In this document: one piece after another, positions 15,963 through 25,531 of the stretch | Position numbering within the stretch: the stretch's first letter is position 1 | How the letters are laid out: each line of letters begins with the position of its first letter | Origin: Candidatus Limnocylindria bacterium | Lineage (GTDB): Bacteria > Chloroflexota > Limnocylindria > P2-11E | Assembly (NCBI GenBank): GCA_041493915.1 | Contig: JBGPZT010000002.1 | Span: forward strand, 1-61,486 | Reading direction: 5' to 3' | DNA: 61,486 nt | The notes under the pieces: generated by a model | What the model saw: the letters and a program-made list of their open reading frames with translations, nothing else | What the model was told of the DNA's origin: nothing | The model's database searches: none | Position numbers and translations under genes: made by a program

Positions 15963-17968
15963 CAGTCGCCCACCGTCGCGGGCGCCCGGGCGAGCGGTTG
16001 CACCGCTTCGCGGCGTTTCGGCTGCGGCAGGGCGGCGATCACGGCGCCCAGGCCCACGACCGCGCCGCCGAGCCAGAGCCAGGAGACCAGGGGGATGACG
16101 AGGACGCGGATCGTCGCCCACGACTGCGCGGTCGTGTCGTACGCGACGAGGATCGTGTAGACGTCGTCTACCAGCCCGGCCGAGATGCCGGGCGAGCCCA
16201 CCGCCTGCGTCGCGTTGGGGAAGAACACGAGCGCCGGGCGCAGGTGTTCGTCCGCACCGTTCCCCGTGACGGCGAGGTCGGCGACGAGCAGGTCGCGCTG
16301 CGGCTCGTTCAGGCTCCGCAGCCCGCTGTACGCGACCGTGTAGCCGGCGACCTCGAAGTGGTCACCGGGGTTGACGGTGCGCTCGACCTCGACCGTTTTC
16401 GACTGGCTCGTCGCCACCGCGACCGCGACGAGGACGATGCCGAGATGCACGATGTATCCGCCGTAGCGGCGGCCGCTGCGGCGCAGCAGGTTCGCGAGCG
16501 CGGTGCCGGCGTTCTCTCCGTGGAGCGCACTTCGGGCGCGGATGCCGCGAGCGAACTCCTGCACCACCGTCGCGGCGACGAACGTCGCGAGCGCGTAGGT
16601 GAGCACAGCGAAGGCGCCGCCGAGCCCGGTGGCGACCGCCAGCAGCGCGCCGCCCGCGGCGGCCATGATGGGCGCGGTGAACTGGCGCTCGAGCGTGGCG
16701 CGCGACGCGCCGTGCCACGGCAGCTGCGGACCGATGCCCATGAGGAACAGCAGTGCGAGGGCGAGCGGCACCTCGACGCGATCGAAGTAGGGCCGTCCGA
16801 TCGAGAGCTGCGCGCCGCTCATCGCCTCCGCGATCAACGGATACAGCGTGCCGAGCAGCACGGTCAGCGTCGCGGCGACGAAAACGACGTTCTGGAAAAG
16901 GAAGATCGCCTCCCGCGAGAGCGGCGCGCCGACCGTGCCGGCGTCGCGCAGCGTGGGCATGCGCCACAGCAGCAGACCGACGGAGAGCACGACGATCGCG
17001 ACGAGGTAGCCAAGGAGCAGTGGGCCGATCGCCGACTGCGTGAAGGCGTGCACAGAGTTCACGACGCCGCTGCGCGTGAGGAACGTCCCGAGGATCGTGA
17101 GCGTGAATGTCGCGATGACGAGCGAGAGATTCCAGCTGCGCAGCAGGCGGCGCTTCTCCTCGACCATCACTGAGTGGAGGTAGGCCGTCGCGACGAGCCA
17201 GGGCATGATCGCGGCGTTCTCCACCGGGTCCCAGGCCCAGTACCCGCCCCAACCGAGCACGGCGTACGACCACCACGCGCCCGCGACGATGCCGACGCCG
17301 AGCAGGGCCCACGAGACAAGCGCGAAGCGTCGCGTCGCGACGAGCCAGCGGTCGCCGCCCTCGCCCAGGATCAGCGACGCGATCGCGTAGGCGAACGGCA
17401 CCGAGAACAGGACGTAGCCGAGATAAAGGAGTGGCGGGTGGAGGGCCATGAGCGGATGGTTCTGGAGCAGCGGGTTCGGACCGTTCCCGTTGAGCGGCAC
17501 GATCTCGCTCCGCACGAATGGGTCCGCCGCTGGCGTGGTCACCAGCAACAGGAAGAAGGTGAGCATGACGAACAGGACCGCGAGGGCGGTGGTCGCAAGG
17601 CGCGGAAGCGCAGGCGTGCCGCGCCACGCGACGTACGCGGTCGCGCCGGCGAGGATCGCGGTCCAGAGCAGGATCGAGCCTTCGAGCGCGGCCCAGAGCG
17701 AGACGATGGTGAAGAAGAGCGGCGTCTCGAGCGCGTTGTTCCGCGCGACGTACTGGATCGAGAAGTCGTGCGTGACGAGCGCGCCGACCATCGCGAGCGC
17801 GGCGAGGATGACGAGCAGGAACGTGATGAGCGCCGACCAGCGCGCGCTGGCGAGCGCGCGACCGTCGCGCTTCGCGGCGGCGTACGCCGCGGCGCCGATC
17901 CCCCAGATCGCGAGCGGCAACGCCGCGCGCAATGCGCCGATCCCCAGGTCCGCGAAGCTGAGGTTCAA
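15962..17968 (-). CDS. ccmF: Cytochrome c heme lyase subunit CcmF
   Basis: Has the WGGYWAWDPVEN tryptophan-rich motif. 668 aa, polytopic. Confidence 0.92.
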   Translation of the reverse strand: MNLSFADLGIGALRAALPLAIWGIGAAAYAAAKRDGRALASARWSALITFLLVILAALAMVGALVTHDFSIQYVARNNALETPLFFTIVSLWAALEGSILLWTAILAGATAYVAWRGTPALPRLATTALAVLFVMLTFFLLLVTTPAADPFVRSEIVPLNGNGPNPLLQNHPLMALHPPLLYLGYVLFSVPFAYAIASLILGEGGDRWLVATRRFALVSWALLGVGIVAGAWWSYAVLGWGGYWAWDPVENAAIMPWLVATAYLHSVMVEEKRRLLRSWNLSLVIATFTLTILGTFLTRSGVVNSVHAFTQSAIGPLLLGYLVAIVVLSVGLLLWRMPTLRDAGTVGAPLSREAIFLFQNVVFVAATLTVLLGTLYPLIAEAMSGAQLSIGRPYFDRVEVPLALALLFLMGIGPQLPWHGASRATLERQFTAPIMAAAGGALLAVATGLGGAFAVLTYALATFVAATVVQEFARGIRARSALHGENAGTALANLLRRSGRRYGGYIVHLGIVLVAVAVATSQSKTVEVERTVNPGDHFEVAGYTVAYSGLRSLNEPQRDLLVADLAVTGNGADEHLRPALVFFPNATQAVGSPGISAGLVDDVYTILVAYDTTAQSWATIRVLVIPLVSWLWLGGAVVGLGAVIAALPQPKRREAVQPLARAPATVGD

Positions 17969-18396
17969 GGGGTTTGGTGGCTCGGCGTCGCGCCCGGCGG
18001 CGGCGGGGCGTACTGCTCGTCGTGCTTCGCGATGACCTGCGTTGCGTGGAAGGTCCCGTCCGACGCGAACGTCCCCTCGACGACGGCACCCGCTCCTGCG
18101 CGCAGCAACGCGGGCGGCGCGCCGGTGCCGATCACGTTCACGCGAGTGGTGCCGTCGGTGAGCACGAAGCGGAGATCGCGTGTCTCCGGCTCGTAGCGCA
18201 GGCTCCCCGCTTCCACCTGACCGCCGAGCCGCGCCGCCGTGCCCGCGGCAACGCCGCGCCCCTGCGCCTCGGTCGGGGTGAGGTAGTAGACCGCCGAGCT
18301 CGCGAGGTTCTGCACCGCGACGAAGCCGATGAGCACCGCGGCGGCGAGCACCGCGATCAGCAGGACGCGGCGCGCTCCCATGGGCTCAACTGCCAC
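17965..18396 (-). CDS. ccmE: Heme chaperone CcmE
   Basis: Has a membrane anchor, an OB-fold region and a C-terminal VIAKHDEQYAPP heme-binding His context. Confidence 0.9.
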   Translation of the reverse strand: MAVEPMGARRVLLIAVLAAAVLIGFVAVQNLASSAVYYLTPTEAQGRGVAAGTAARLGGQVEAGSLRYEPETRDLRFVLTDGTTRVNVIGTGAPPALLRAGAGAVVEGTFASDGTFHATQVIAKHDEQYAPPPPGATPSHQTP

Positions 18397-18484
18397 GGCG
18401 CCGGCGCAGAGAGATGAGGTAGAGGGCGACCCCGCCCCACACCAGAACGTACGCGGCGACGATGAAGCCGAGGTTCTCTATCAC
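18386..18484 (-). CDS. ccmD: Heme exporter protein CcmD (32 aa, not in ORF track as such)
   Basis: The GTG at 18484 overlaps the ccmC stop (GTGA). Single TM: IENLGFIVAAYVLVWGGVALYLISLRRRR. Confidence 0.55.
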   Translation of the reverse strand: MIENLGFIVAAYVLVWGGVALYLISLRRRRGS

Positions 18485-19182
18485 GCACGCGCCTCGAGCG
18501 TGCGACGCTGGCGGTCCAGCTCGATCGACATACGCTCGGCGAGGAACGCGAAGTACACCAGGGTGAACGCGATGACGCTCACCCCGAGCGTGACGCCCAT
18601 CGCCGCGTCGAGCGACGGGCTTCCGCCCGCGCGCAGGACGGTCGGCAGCTGGTGCAGCGAGTTCATCCACAGCACCGACAGATGCACGATGGGGATGTCG
18701 ATGACCGCGATGACGCCGAGCACCGCCGCGCGCGTCGCCCGTCGCGAGAAATCGGTGGAGAGCGACCGCAGCAGCAGGTAGCCGACGTACATCATGAACA
18801 TGATCGCCGTGGTCACGAGGCGCGGATCCCACGTCCACCACACGCCCCACGTTGGCTTTGCCCAGATGGACCCCGCGACGATGAACATGCCGGTGAAGAG
18901 GACGCCGACCTCTGCCGAGGCGACCGCGAGCGCGTCGAACCACGGCCGCTTCGTCCAGAGCCACCCAAGGCTCGCGAGGAAAACCACGCAGAACGCGAGG
19001 TATGCGAGCCAGGCGAGCGGGACGTGCACGTAGATGATCCGGTACACGTCGCCCTGGACGGCGTCGGTCGGCGCCCACACGAGCGCCATGAAGCTCGCGA
19101 TGACCGAGCTGGCGACCGCGAGCAGGCCCAGCCAGGGCTGGACGCGGATGGTGGGGAAGGGCGCCGCAGTCGTTTCGATCAT
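18481..19182 (-). CDS. ccmC: Heme exporter protein CcmC
   Basis: Has the WGVWWTWDPRL tryptophan-rich motif. The start at 19182 forms an ATGA overlap with the ccmB stop. Confidence 0.9.
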   Translation of the reverse strand: MIETTAAPFPTIRVQPWLGLLAVASSVIASFMALVWAPTDAVQGDVYRIIYVHVPLAWLAYLAFCVVFLASLGWLWTKRPWFDALAVASAEVGVLFTGMFIVAGSIWAKPTWGVWWTWDPRLVTTAIMFMMYVGYLLLRSLSTDFSRRATRAAVLGVIAVIDIPIVHLSVLWMNSLHQLPTVLRAGGSPSLDAAMGVTLGVSVIAFTLVYFAFLAERMSIELDRQRRTLEARA

Positions 19183-19847
19183 TCGATGGCAGCAGGAACG
19201 ATGGTAAGGCCGAGCGCCCCGTACACCAGCGCGAAGGCTGCGAGGATGCCGGCCCATCCGAGAGCGGCCGACGCGTCACCGGTCAGAGCCGCTGCCGCAC
19301 CCTGCGTGCATGCGACGAGCTGCGGGATCAGGATCGGGAACGAGAGGATCGGCACCAGCGCGACGCGCGCCCGCACGCGCAGCGCGAGAAGCGTGGTGAG
19401 AACGATGACCGGCGGCAGCGCGAGCGTCCCGAGGACGCCGATGAGCACGAGATGTCCCGGGAGCGCGACGCCCGGGTCGAGCAGTACGAGCGACAGAAGC
19501 GCAGCCGCGAGTGCGACGATCGCAAGAACGACCCAAATGGCAACAAGCTTTCCCGCGTAGAGCGCCTCACGCCCTCCGTCGAGCACCAGGACCGCGTCGA
19601 TCGCGTCGTCCTCGAGCTCTCGGTCGAACGAGCGCGTCGCCACCAGCGTCGCCGCGAACAGGATCGCGATCCAGAACAAAGCGCTCGCCACACCGGGCTG
19701 TCGAGCCTGCCCCGGCCCGAACGCGAGGCTCTCCATGAGCACGAGCAAGCCGGTGAATGTCAGCGCTGCGACGAAGCCGTCCGGGTGTCGTCGTTCCGCG
19801 GCGAGCTCGCGCGCCGCGATGAGCAGCGCGCGGTCGAGGGCGTTCAC
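19179..19847 (-). CDS. ccmB: Heme exporter permease CcmB
   Basis: C-terminal 222 aa of the long frame, with six hydrophobic segments. The GTG at 19847 lies just after the ccmA stop. Operon position supports the call. Confidence 0.75.
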   Translation of the reverse strand: MNALDRALLIAARELAAERRHPDGFVAALTFTGLLVLMESLAFGPGQARQPGVASALFWIAILFAATLVATRSFDRELEDDAIDAVLVLDGGREALYAGKLVAIWVVLAIVALAAALLSLVLLDPGVALPGHLVLIGVLGTLALPPVIVLTTLLALRVRARVALVPILSFPILIPQLVACTQGAAAALTGDASAALGWAGILAAFALVYGALGLTIVPAAIE

Positions 19848-19851
19848 TCGT

Positions 19852-20463
19852 TCATAGCTCGCGCAGCGCGCCGTCGTCGAGGACGTAGCTGTGGGCCGCG
19901 TCCTGGTCGAGCTCGTGATGCAGGTGCGTCGCCATGAGCACCGCCTGGCCCCTGATGAGCGACGTGTTGAGCGCCGCGCGCAGGCGAACGAGCGCGTCCG
20001 CATCGAGATCCGCGAACGGCTCGTCGAGGAGGACCAGCCCGACCTGCTCCGTCTCGATCCGCGCGAGCGACGCGCGACGTCGCTGGCCGGCGGACAGTCG
20101 CTCGACCGGACGATCCATCTCATCGCCAAGACCCCACTTGCGCAGCGCGTCGGCGACATCGCTGGCGACGAGGCCGCGGAACGCGGCGAGGAAGGCGAGG
20201 TTCTCGCGCGCCGTGAGGCCGCGCAGGAGCATCGGGCGATGTCCGATGTACAGCGGCGGACCGCCCGGCATGGACCGCCGACCGCGCGCGAGCGGAGCGA
20301 GGCCGGCGAAGGCGCGGAGGAGCGTGGTCTTGCCGGCGCCGTTCGGTCCGCGAAGGAGCGTGAGACCGGGCCCGAGCTCGAGTGAGATCCCCCGAAGGAT
20401 CGTGCGGTCGTCCAGGACGACCGTGACATCGTGGAGCGATGCGTTCTCCGGCACGCGCCGCAT
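19852..20463 (-). CDS. ccmA: Heme exporter ATP-binding protein CcmA
   Basis: Has Walker A GPNGAGKTT, signature LSAGQRRR and Walker B LVLLDEPF. Start set at MRRVPENASLHDV (20463). Confidence 0.85.
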   Translation of the reverse strand: MRRVPENASLHDVTVVLDDRTILRGISLELGPGLTLLRGPNGAGKTTLLRAFAGLAPLARGRRSMPGGPPLYIGHRPMLLRGLTARENLAFLAAFRGLVASDVADALRKWGLGDEMDRPVERLSAGQRRRASLARIETEQVGLVLLDEPFADLDADALVRLRAALNTSLIRGQAVLMATHLHHELDQDAAHSYVLDDGALREL

Positions 20464-20836
20464 GATGGGGCGGCTCCTATGTCTCTGCAGCCTCGCCGTC
20501 GTTGTCGTCGCGATCGCCTGCGCGCCTGAGCCCGTTGCGACCGATCCGATAGCGCGGGGCCGGCAGGTGTACCGCACCCTGGGCTGCGCCAGTTGCCACG
20601 AAGGGAGCCTCTTCAATCTGTTCCGCCCGGTCGGGCCGCCCCTCAGCGAGGTCGGCCGGGCGGCCGGAGAACGGGTCCCCGGCTTGAGCGCCGAGGACTA
20701 CCTGCGTCAGTCGGTCACCGACCCGGGGGCCCACTTGGTACCTGGGTACCCCGACTCGATGCCCAGGGGTCTGTCCCGGGACCTTTCGCCGGAGGATCTG
20801 GCCGCTCTGGTTGCCTATCTAGCCTCGTTGAGCTGA
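20462..20836 (+). CDS. Membrane/lipid-anchored class I c-type cytochrome
   Basis: Has the N-terminal segment MMGRLLCLCSLAVVVVAIACAP, the heme site CASCH and a distal DSMPRG Met region. Divergent from ccmA. Confidence 0.7.
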   Translation: MMGRLLCLCSLAVVVVAIACAPEPVATDPIARGRQVYRTLGCASCHEGSLFNLFRPVGPPLSEVGRAAGERVPGLSAEDYLRQSVTDPGAHLVPGYPDSMPRGLSRDLSPEDLAALVAYLASLS

Positions 20837-20995
20837 GAGAAGGCTCCTAACGACCCTCTCCCCGAAACCGTTACGCATGGTGGAAAGGATGAGGATGCCG
20901 CTCTGGCCGTACAAGCGTCCCAAGGTGACCCGGCAGCGTTCGGCTCGCTCTACGACCGGCATGTCAGCGCCGTCTACCGCTACGTCTACTACCGC

Positions 20996-21433
20996 GTGCG
21001 GGACGACGCCGAGGCGGAAGACCTCACCAGTGAAGTGTTCATGAAGGCACTGCGAGCGATCCCGCGGTACGAGCCGCGTCAGGCGTTCCTCGCCTGGCTC
21101 TATCGGATCGCGCGCAACGCCGTCATCGATCACGTCCGCCGCGGCGGCCGACAGGTCTCTTTCGAGGACGCGCTCCTGCACCCCGAGGTGCACAACGCCG
21201 TCGACCCCGACCTCGAGGTCCTCGCCGGCTCCGACAAGGACACGCTTCGCACGGCGCTCGCGCAGCTCACGCCGCTGCAGCAGGAGGTCATCGTCCTTCG
21301 CTTCCTCGAGGGCTACTCGACCGACGAGATCGCCAAGTTGATCGGAAAGCGCGAGGGCACGGTTCGCGGGATCCAGTTCCGCGCGCTCGGCGCACTGCGA
21401 CAGCTGATCCCCTCGCGCGAGGCATTGGGTTGA
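20996..21433 (+). CDS. ECF-type RNA polymerase sigma-70 family factor (5' end unresolved)
   Basis: Region 2 is FLAWLYRIARNAVIDHVRR and region 4 is EGYSTDEIAKLIGKREGTVRGIQFRAL. The conserved N-terminal sequence continues in frame upstream to about 20880, with no ATG/GTG/TTG there. Confidence 0.8.
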   Translation: MRDDAEAEDLTSEVFMKALRAIPRYEPRQAFLAWLYRIARNAVIDHVRRGGRQVSFEDALLHPEVHNAVDPDLEVLAGSDKDTLRTALAQLTPLQQEVIVLRFLEGYSTDEIAKLIGKREGTVRGIQFRALGALRQLIPSREALG

Positions 21434-22200
21434 GCGGGCAGAGGCTCCCCGAGCCGCGGATCCGCGACGAGTTCCGTCGCGAGCTACGCGCGCGTCTCAT
21501 GCGCGAGGCTGCCGTCACGCTCACGCCGAAGCCGCGCGACACCGCTTGGACGAGGTGGCTGCGTCCCGCGCTCGCCGCCGGTCTTGCCGCCCTGGTGCTG
21601 ATCGCCGGCGCGGGTTCGGCCGCGGCCGGAAGCGTCCCGGGCGATGCGACCTTCGGCATCAAGCGCGCGATCGAGGAGGTCCGCGTCGCGCTTACGTTCG
21701 ACGATGTCCAGCGTGTGCGCGTGCTCTCTGAGATCACGGACCAGCGGCTCAGCGAGCTGGAGCAGGTCGCCGGTCGCGACGACAAGGCGCCGACGGCGTC
21801 GGACGAATACGCGCGCGCCGTGACCCGCTTCCGCGAGGCCGTAGACGCGCTGCAGCAGGCCGCGCCGGCAGAGAAGAGCGAGGCAGCGCAGAACGTCGCC
21901 GACGCCGCGCGCGACAAGCACGAGATCGTGATCGAGCAGCTGAAGGACCGGCTCTCCGACAAGGCCAGAGGCTCCGTGGAGCGCGCGATCGAGGAAGAGC
22001 GCAAGGACACGACGCAGAACACCAAGGACAAGCGGGACAAGAAAGACAAGGGCGACACGAACGGCTCGGACCAACGTACGTCGCCTGCGACCAACACGGC
22101 TTCGCCGCGCGGGAACGAGCGCACCAATTCGCCACGCCCGACCGAACGCGCGGCAACGCCACGTGCGACCTCGTCGCCGCGGCCGACCGAGCACGATTAG
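21430..22200 (+). CDS. Putative anti-sigma factor (single TM, helical extracytoplasmic domain, basic/Ser-Pro tail)
   Basis: The TTG start overlaps the sigma stop (TTGA). It has a short cytoplasmic N-terminus, the TM WLRPALAAGLAALVLIAGAG and then a GIKRAIEEVRV... helical domain. Confidence 0.55.
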   Translation: MSGQRLPEPRIRDEFRRELRARLMREAAVTLTPKPRDTAWTRWLRPALAAGLAALVLIAGAGSAAAGSVPGDATFGIKRAIEEVRVALTFDDVQRVRVLSEITDQRLSELEQVAGRDDKAPTASDEYARAVTRFREAVDALQQAAPAEKSEAAQNVADAARDKHEIVIEQLKDRLSDKARGSVERAIEEERKDTTQNTKDKRDKKDKGDTNGSDQRTSPATNTASPRGNERTNSPRPTERAATPRATSSPRPTEHD

Positions 22201-22421
22201 CTAGGCGGAACGTCTCCGCTCGGCGGGACCTCGTCGCGTCGCCGGGCCCGCCGCAGGTCGATCACCGATATCGGTCCGTGTGGTGGTCCGGGCAACGGCG
22301 GTGGTGGCGGAGCAGGTTCCTCTTCGGATGACTCGAAGCTCCAGCGTGCGAGGGCCCCGGTCCGTTTTGCGATCGAGCGGAGAACGGACACGAGCGCGCC
22401 AAGGATGCCTCCGGTCCTCAT
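22197..22421 (-). CDS. Hypothetical proline-rich small protein
   Basis: ORF with a PPPPPLPGPP stretch. Weak coding evidence, and the start is chosen at an internal Met. Confidence 0.2.
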   Translation of the reverse strand: MRTGGILGALVSVLRSIAKRTGALARWSFESSEEEPAPPPPPLPGPPHGPISVIDLRRARRRDEVPPSGDVPPS

Positions 22422-22490
22422 GCCCGGTCGCCAGAGCAGCGGCCATGCCACATGGCACGCCCGGTGCATACGCACCTAGCCATGTGCACC

Positions 22491-22877
22491 ATGAAACGCA
22501 TCCTCATCGCAGAGGACGACCCGGGCAACGCGGACCTGCTGCGCCAGGCTCTCACCGAGCGCCTTGACGTCGCGGCCGACGTCGTCGCGAACGGTGCGCT
22601 GGTGATGGACTGGGTCGCCGCGCACCGTCCCGACCTGCTGATCCTCGATGTCGGACTCCCAGGATTGAATGGGCTCGACGTCTTCGATCTGCTGCGCAGC
22701 GATCCGAATTTGGAGGGCGTGCCCGTGCTCTTTCTCACCGGGCTTCCGGAGCGTGCCGAGACCGCGAACGCGGCCACCGGAGTGCACGAGATCCTCGCCA
22801 AGCCCTTCGACATCGAGGATCTGATCGCGCGCGCGGCCCGACTTATGGGCGGCGCTAAGAGCGAGATCGCCGCCTAG
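22491..22877 (+). CDS. Stand-alone CheY-like response regulator receiver
   Basis: Has MKRILIAEDD, LLILDVGLPGLNG (phospho-acceptor Asp), LFLTG and AKPFDIEDL. Confidence 0.85.
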   Translation: MKRILIAEDDPGNADLLRQALTERLDVAADVVANGALVMDWVAAHRPDLLILDVGLPGLNGLDVFDLLRSDPNLEGVPVLFLTGLPERAETANAATGVHEILAKPFDIEDLIARAARLMGGAKSEIAA

Positions 22878-24772
22878 CCCGCGGTCTGCTCTGGCTCGCG
22901 CGAACGCACGAGCTGCGGCCAGCGCCCACGCACCGCGGCGGCGATGCCCTCCGCGTCGAGCCCGTAGTGCCGCCGCCAGAGGCTCTGCGCACCGTGGTCG
23001 ACGTGCTCGTCGGGGATGCCGAGCATCAGGGTCTCGACGCGCGCGCCACGCTCATGGAGCAGCTCCGCGACCGCGGACCCGAAGCCGCCCGCGATGACGT
23101 GCTCCTCGAGCGTGACGAACCGCGGCGTTCGCGCGGCGAGCGCTAGGAAACGCTCGGCATCGAGCGGCTTGGCGAAACGCGCGTTCACGACCGTCGCCTG
23201 CAGCCCTTCGCGCGCCAGCGTCTCCGCGGCCTCGAGCGCAGCGTTGACCGGCTGCCCGTACGCGAGGATGACGATGTCGGCGCCCTCACGCAGCGTCTCA
23301 GACACCCCGATCGCGATCTCGTGCCACGCCTCGGCGAAGGCCACGCCGAAGCCGGTGCCTCGCGGGAAGCGAACGCCGATCGGACCGCGCTGCGCACCAG
23401 CGTGTCGATGAGCCGTCCACAGCATGTCGCGCAGCTCGGCCTCGTCCTTCGGCGCCATGAGCGTGAAGCCCGGCAGCGGCCGGAGATAGGCGATGTCGTA
23501 GAGGCCTTGATGCGTCCGGCCGTCGTCGCCGACGATGCCCGCGCGATCCATCGCGAAGACGACCGAGAGGTCCTGCACCGCGACGTCGTGCAGCACCTGG
23601 TCGAATCCGCGCTGCAGGAATGTCGAGTAGATCGCGACGATCGGGACGATGCCCTGCGTCGCGAGACCCGCGGCCATCGTCACCGCATGCTGCTCGCAGA
23701 TGCCGACGTCGATGATGCGCTGCGGGAACTCGCCGAAGAGAGGCAGCAGACCGGTGCCTCCTGGCATCGCTGCGGTGATCGCCACCGTTCGGTCGTCGGC
23801 CTTCAGGATCTCGCGCACGGTGTCGGCGAAGACGGCCGTGTACTGGGGCGCCGTCGCCTTGGCCACGCCGGTCGCGGACACGCCGTGCCACTTCACGTTG
23901 TCGTCCTCAGCCGGGGCGTATCCGTGGCCCTTCTGCGTGTGCACGTGCACGAACACCGGCCCATCGCGGAAATCGCGTGCCTTTGCGAGGACGTTCTCGA
24001 CCGCGAACAGATCGTGACCGTCGACCGGACCGAAATACGTGAAGCCGAGCTGCTCGAAGAGGAGATTCGGGATGAGCAGCGCCTTGAGGCTGTTGAAGAT
24101 GCGGCGCCGCGCCTCTTCCGCGAGCTCGCCGGCCGGCATGTGCTCGAGCACCTGTCGCACGATGTGCTTCGCTCCGCGGTACGGGGTCGCGGTGCGCACG
24201 GCCTCGAGCATCCGCGACACCGCACCGACATTCGGCGCGATGCTCATGCCGTTGTCGTTGAGCACGACGATCACCCGGCGGTGATCGTGGCCGACATTAT
24301 TGAGACCCTCGAAAGCCAGGCCGGCCGTCAACGCGCCGTCGCCGATGACGGCGACGACGTGAAACTCCTCGCCTTTGAGGTCACGCGCGAGCGCCATGCC
24401 GTGCGCGGCCGAGATCGACGTGCCGGCGTGGCCAGCGCCGAACTGATCGTGCTCGGATTCGGTCCGCACGAGGAATCCGGAGATGCCCCCCAGCTGCCGC
24501 AGCGTGTCGAAGCGCTCGCGCCGACCGGTGAGCATCTTGTGCACATACGCCTGATGCCCCGTGTCCCATACGAGCTTGTCGCGTGGCGACTCGAAGACCC
24601 GGTGGAGCGCCACGGTGAGCTCGACGGTGCCGAGGCTCGACGAGAGATGGCCGCCCGTGCGCTGGACCGCGTCGACCGCGTACACGCGGATCTCGCGGCA
24701 CAGCTGCAGCAGCTCGTCTCTGTTCAGCGCGCGTATGTCGCGCGGATCGTTGACGCGCTCGAGAACGGTCAT
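22874..24772 (-). CDS. dxs: 1-deoxy-D-xylulose-5-phosphate synthase
   Basis: Contains GHLSSSLG, GHAGTSISAAHGMA and GDGALTAG...NDN (TPP binding). 632 aa counted from MTVLERVNDPRDIR. Confidence 0.95.
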   Translation of the reverse strand: MTVLERVNDPRDIRALNRDELLQLCREIRVYAVDAVQRTGGHLSSSLGTVELTVALHRVFESPRDKLVWDTGHQAYVHKMLTGRRERFDTLRQLGGISGFLVRTESEHDQFGAGHAGTSISAAHGMALARDLKGEEFHVVAVIGDGALTAGLAFEGLNNVGHDHRRVIVVLNDNGMSIAPNVGAVSRMLEAVRTATPYRGAKHIVRQVLEHMPAGELAEEARRRIFNSLKALLIPNLLFEQLGFTYFGPVDGHDLFAVENVLAKARDFRDGPVFVHVHTQKGHGYAPAEDDNVKWHGVSATGVAKATAPQYTAVFADTVREILKADDRTVAITAAMPGGTGLLPLFGEFPQRIIDVGICEQHAVTMAAGLATQGIVPIVAIYSTFLQRGFDQVLHDVAVQDLSVVFAMDRAGIVGDDGRTHQGLYDIAYLRPLPGFTLMAPKDEAELRDMLWTAHRHAGAQRGPIGVRFPRGTGFGVAFAEAWHEIAIGVSETLREGADIVILAYGQPVNAALEAAETLAREGLQATVVNARFAKPLDAERFLALAARTPRFVTLEEHVIAGGFGSAVAELLHERGARVETLMLGIPDEHVDHGAQSLWRRHYGLDAEGIAAAVRGRWPQLVRSREPEQTAG

Positions 24773-24793
24773 CGGTGCCCATACTACGGGCGC

Positions 24794-25516
24794 GTGTTTG
24801 ATCATTCGTCTCACGCAGCGGTCGTCACCGGCGCGAACGGCAATCTCGGAGTCGCGGTGGTGCGCGCGTATCTCACGCGTGGGACGCATGTCGCCGCGGC
24901 GGTGCGCGACGCGGCGAAGGGCGAGGCGCTGCGGGCGGCGCTCACCGATCTCGCGGGCGACGATGATGATCAGCGGCTTCTCGTGATCAAGGCCGACCCC
25001 GCCGACACGTCGGCGATGGATGCGCTCGTCGAGCGCGTGCTGCGTGCGTGGGGGCGCCTCGACATCCTCAATAATCTCGCCGGCACATTCAAAGGCGGAT
25101 CGGCGCTCGACACCGGTCTCATGCGCAAGCTGTGGGACAGCAACGTGCTGACCGCGGTCACGGCCGGCGCGGCCTGTCTTCGGCCGATGCGAGCGCGTGG
25201 CTACGGCCGGATCGTGAGCGTCTCGGCCGTCGGCGCGCAGAGGGGCGGGCGGAACAGTGCGGCGTACGCGATGTCGAAGAGCGCGCTGGTCCGGTGGACG
25301 GAGTCCCTCGCGGCCGATGTAAAGGGCGAAGGGATCACCGTGAATGCCGTGTTGCCGACGACGATCGATCATCCGGTCAACCGCGCGCAGATGCCGAAGG
25401 CCGACCCGAAGCTCTGGCCGTCGCCCGATGAGGTCGCGAGTGTCATCCTCTTTCTCTCATCGCGCGAGGCGAGCGGCGTGAACGGCGCCGCCATACCGAT
25501 CACCGCGCGGACGTAG
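24794..25516 (+). CDS. Short-chain dehydrogenase/reductase (SDR)
   Basis: Has VVTGANGNLG (TGxxxGxG) and YAMSKSAL (YxxxK). GTG start at 24794. Confidence 0.85.
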   Translation: MFDHSSHAAVVTGANGNLGVAVVRAYLTRGTHVAAAVRDAAKGEALRAALTDLAGDDDDQRLLVIKADPADTSAMDALVERVLRAWGRLDILNNLAGTFKGGSALDTGLMRKLWDSNVLTAVTAGAACLRPMRARGYGRIVSVSAVGAQRGGRNSAAYAMSKSALVRWTESLAADVKGEGITVNAVLPTTIDHPVNRAQMPKADPKLWPSPDEVASVILFLSSREASGVNGAAIPITART

Positions 25517-25531
25517 GGAAAAGAGCCAAGA

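Noticed and set aside
19934-20461. The first 176 codons of the 300-aa plus-strand ORF 19934-20836.
   Set aside because: That part is antisense to ccmA and has a low-complexity R/S/P-rich translation. Only the last 124 aa, from MMGRLL (lipid/TM anchor plus CASCH), look like a real cytochrome c.
20460-20466. Apparent back-to-back overlapping start codons (CATGATG) of ccmA (minus) and the cytochrome c gene (plus).
   Set aside because: This is probably just start-codon ambiguity, since a second Met follows at 20465 and alternative ccmA starts exist. It is not evidence of a special mechanism.
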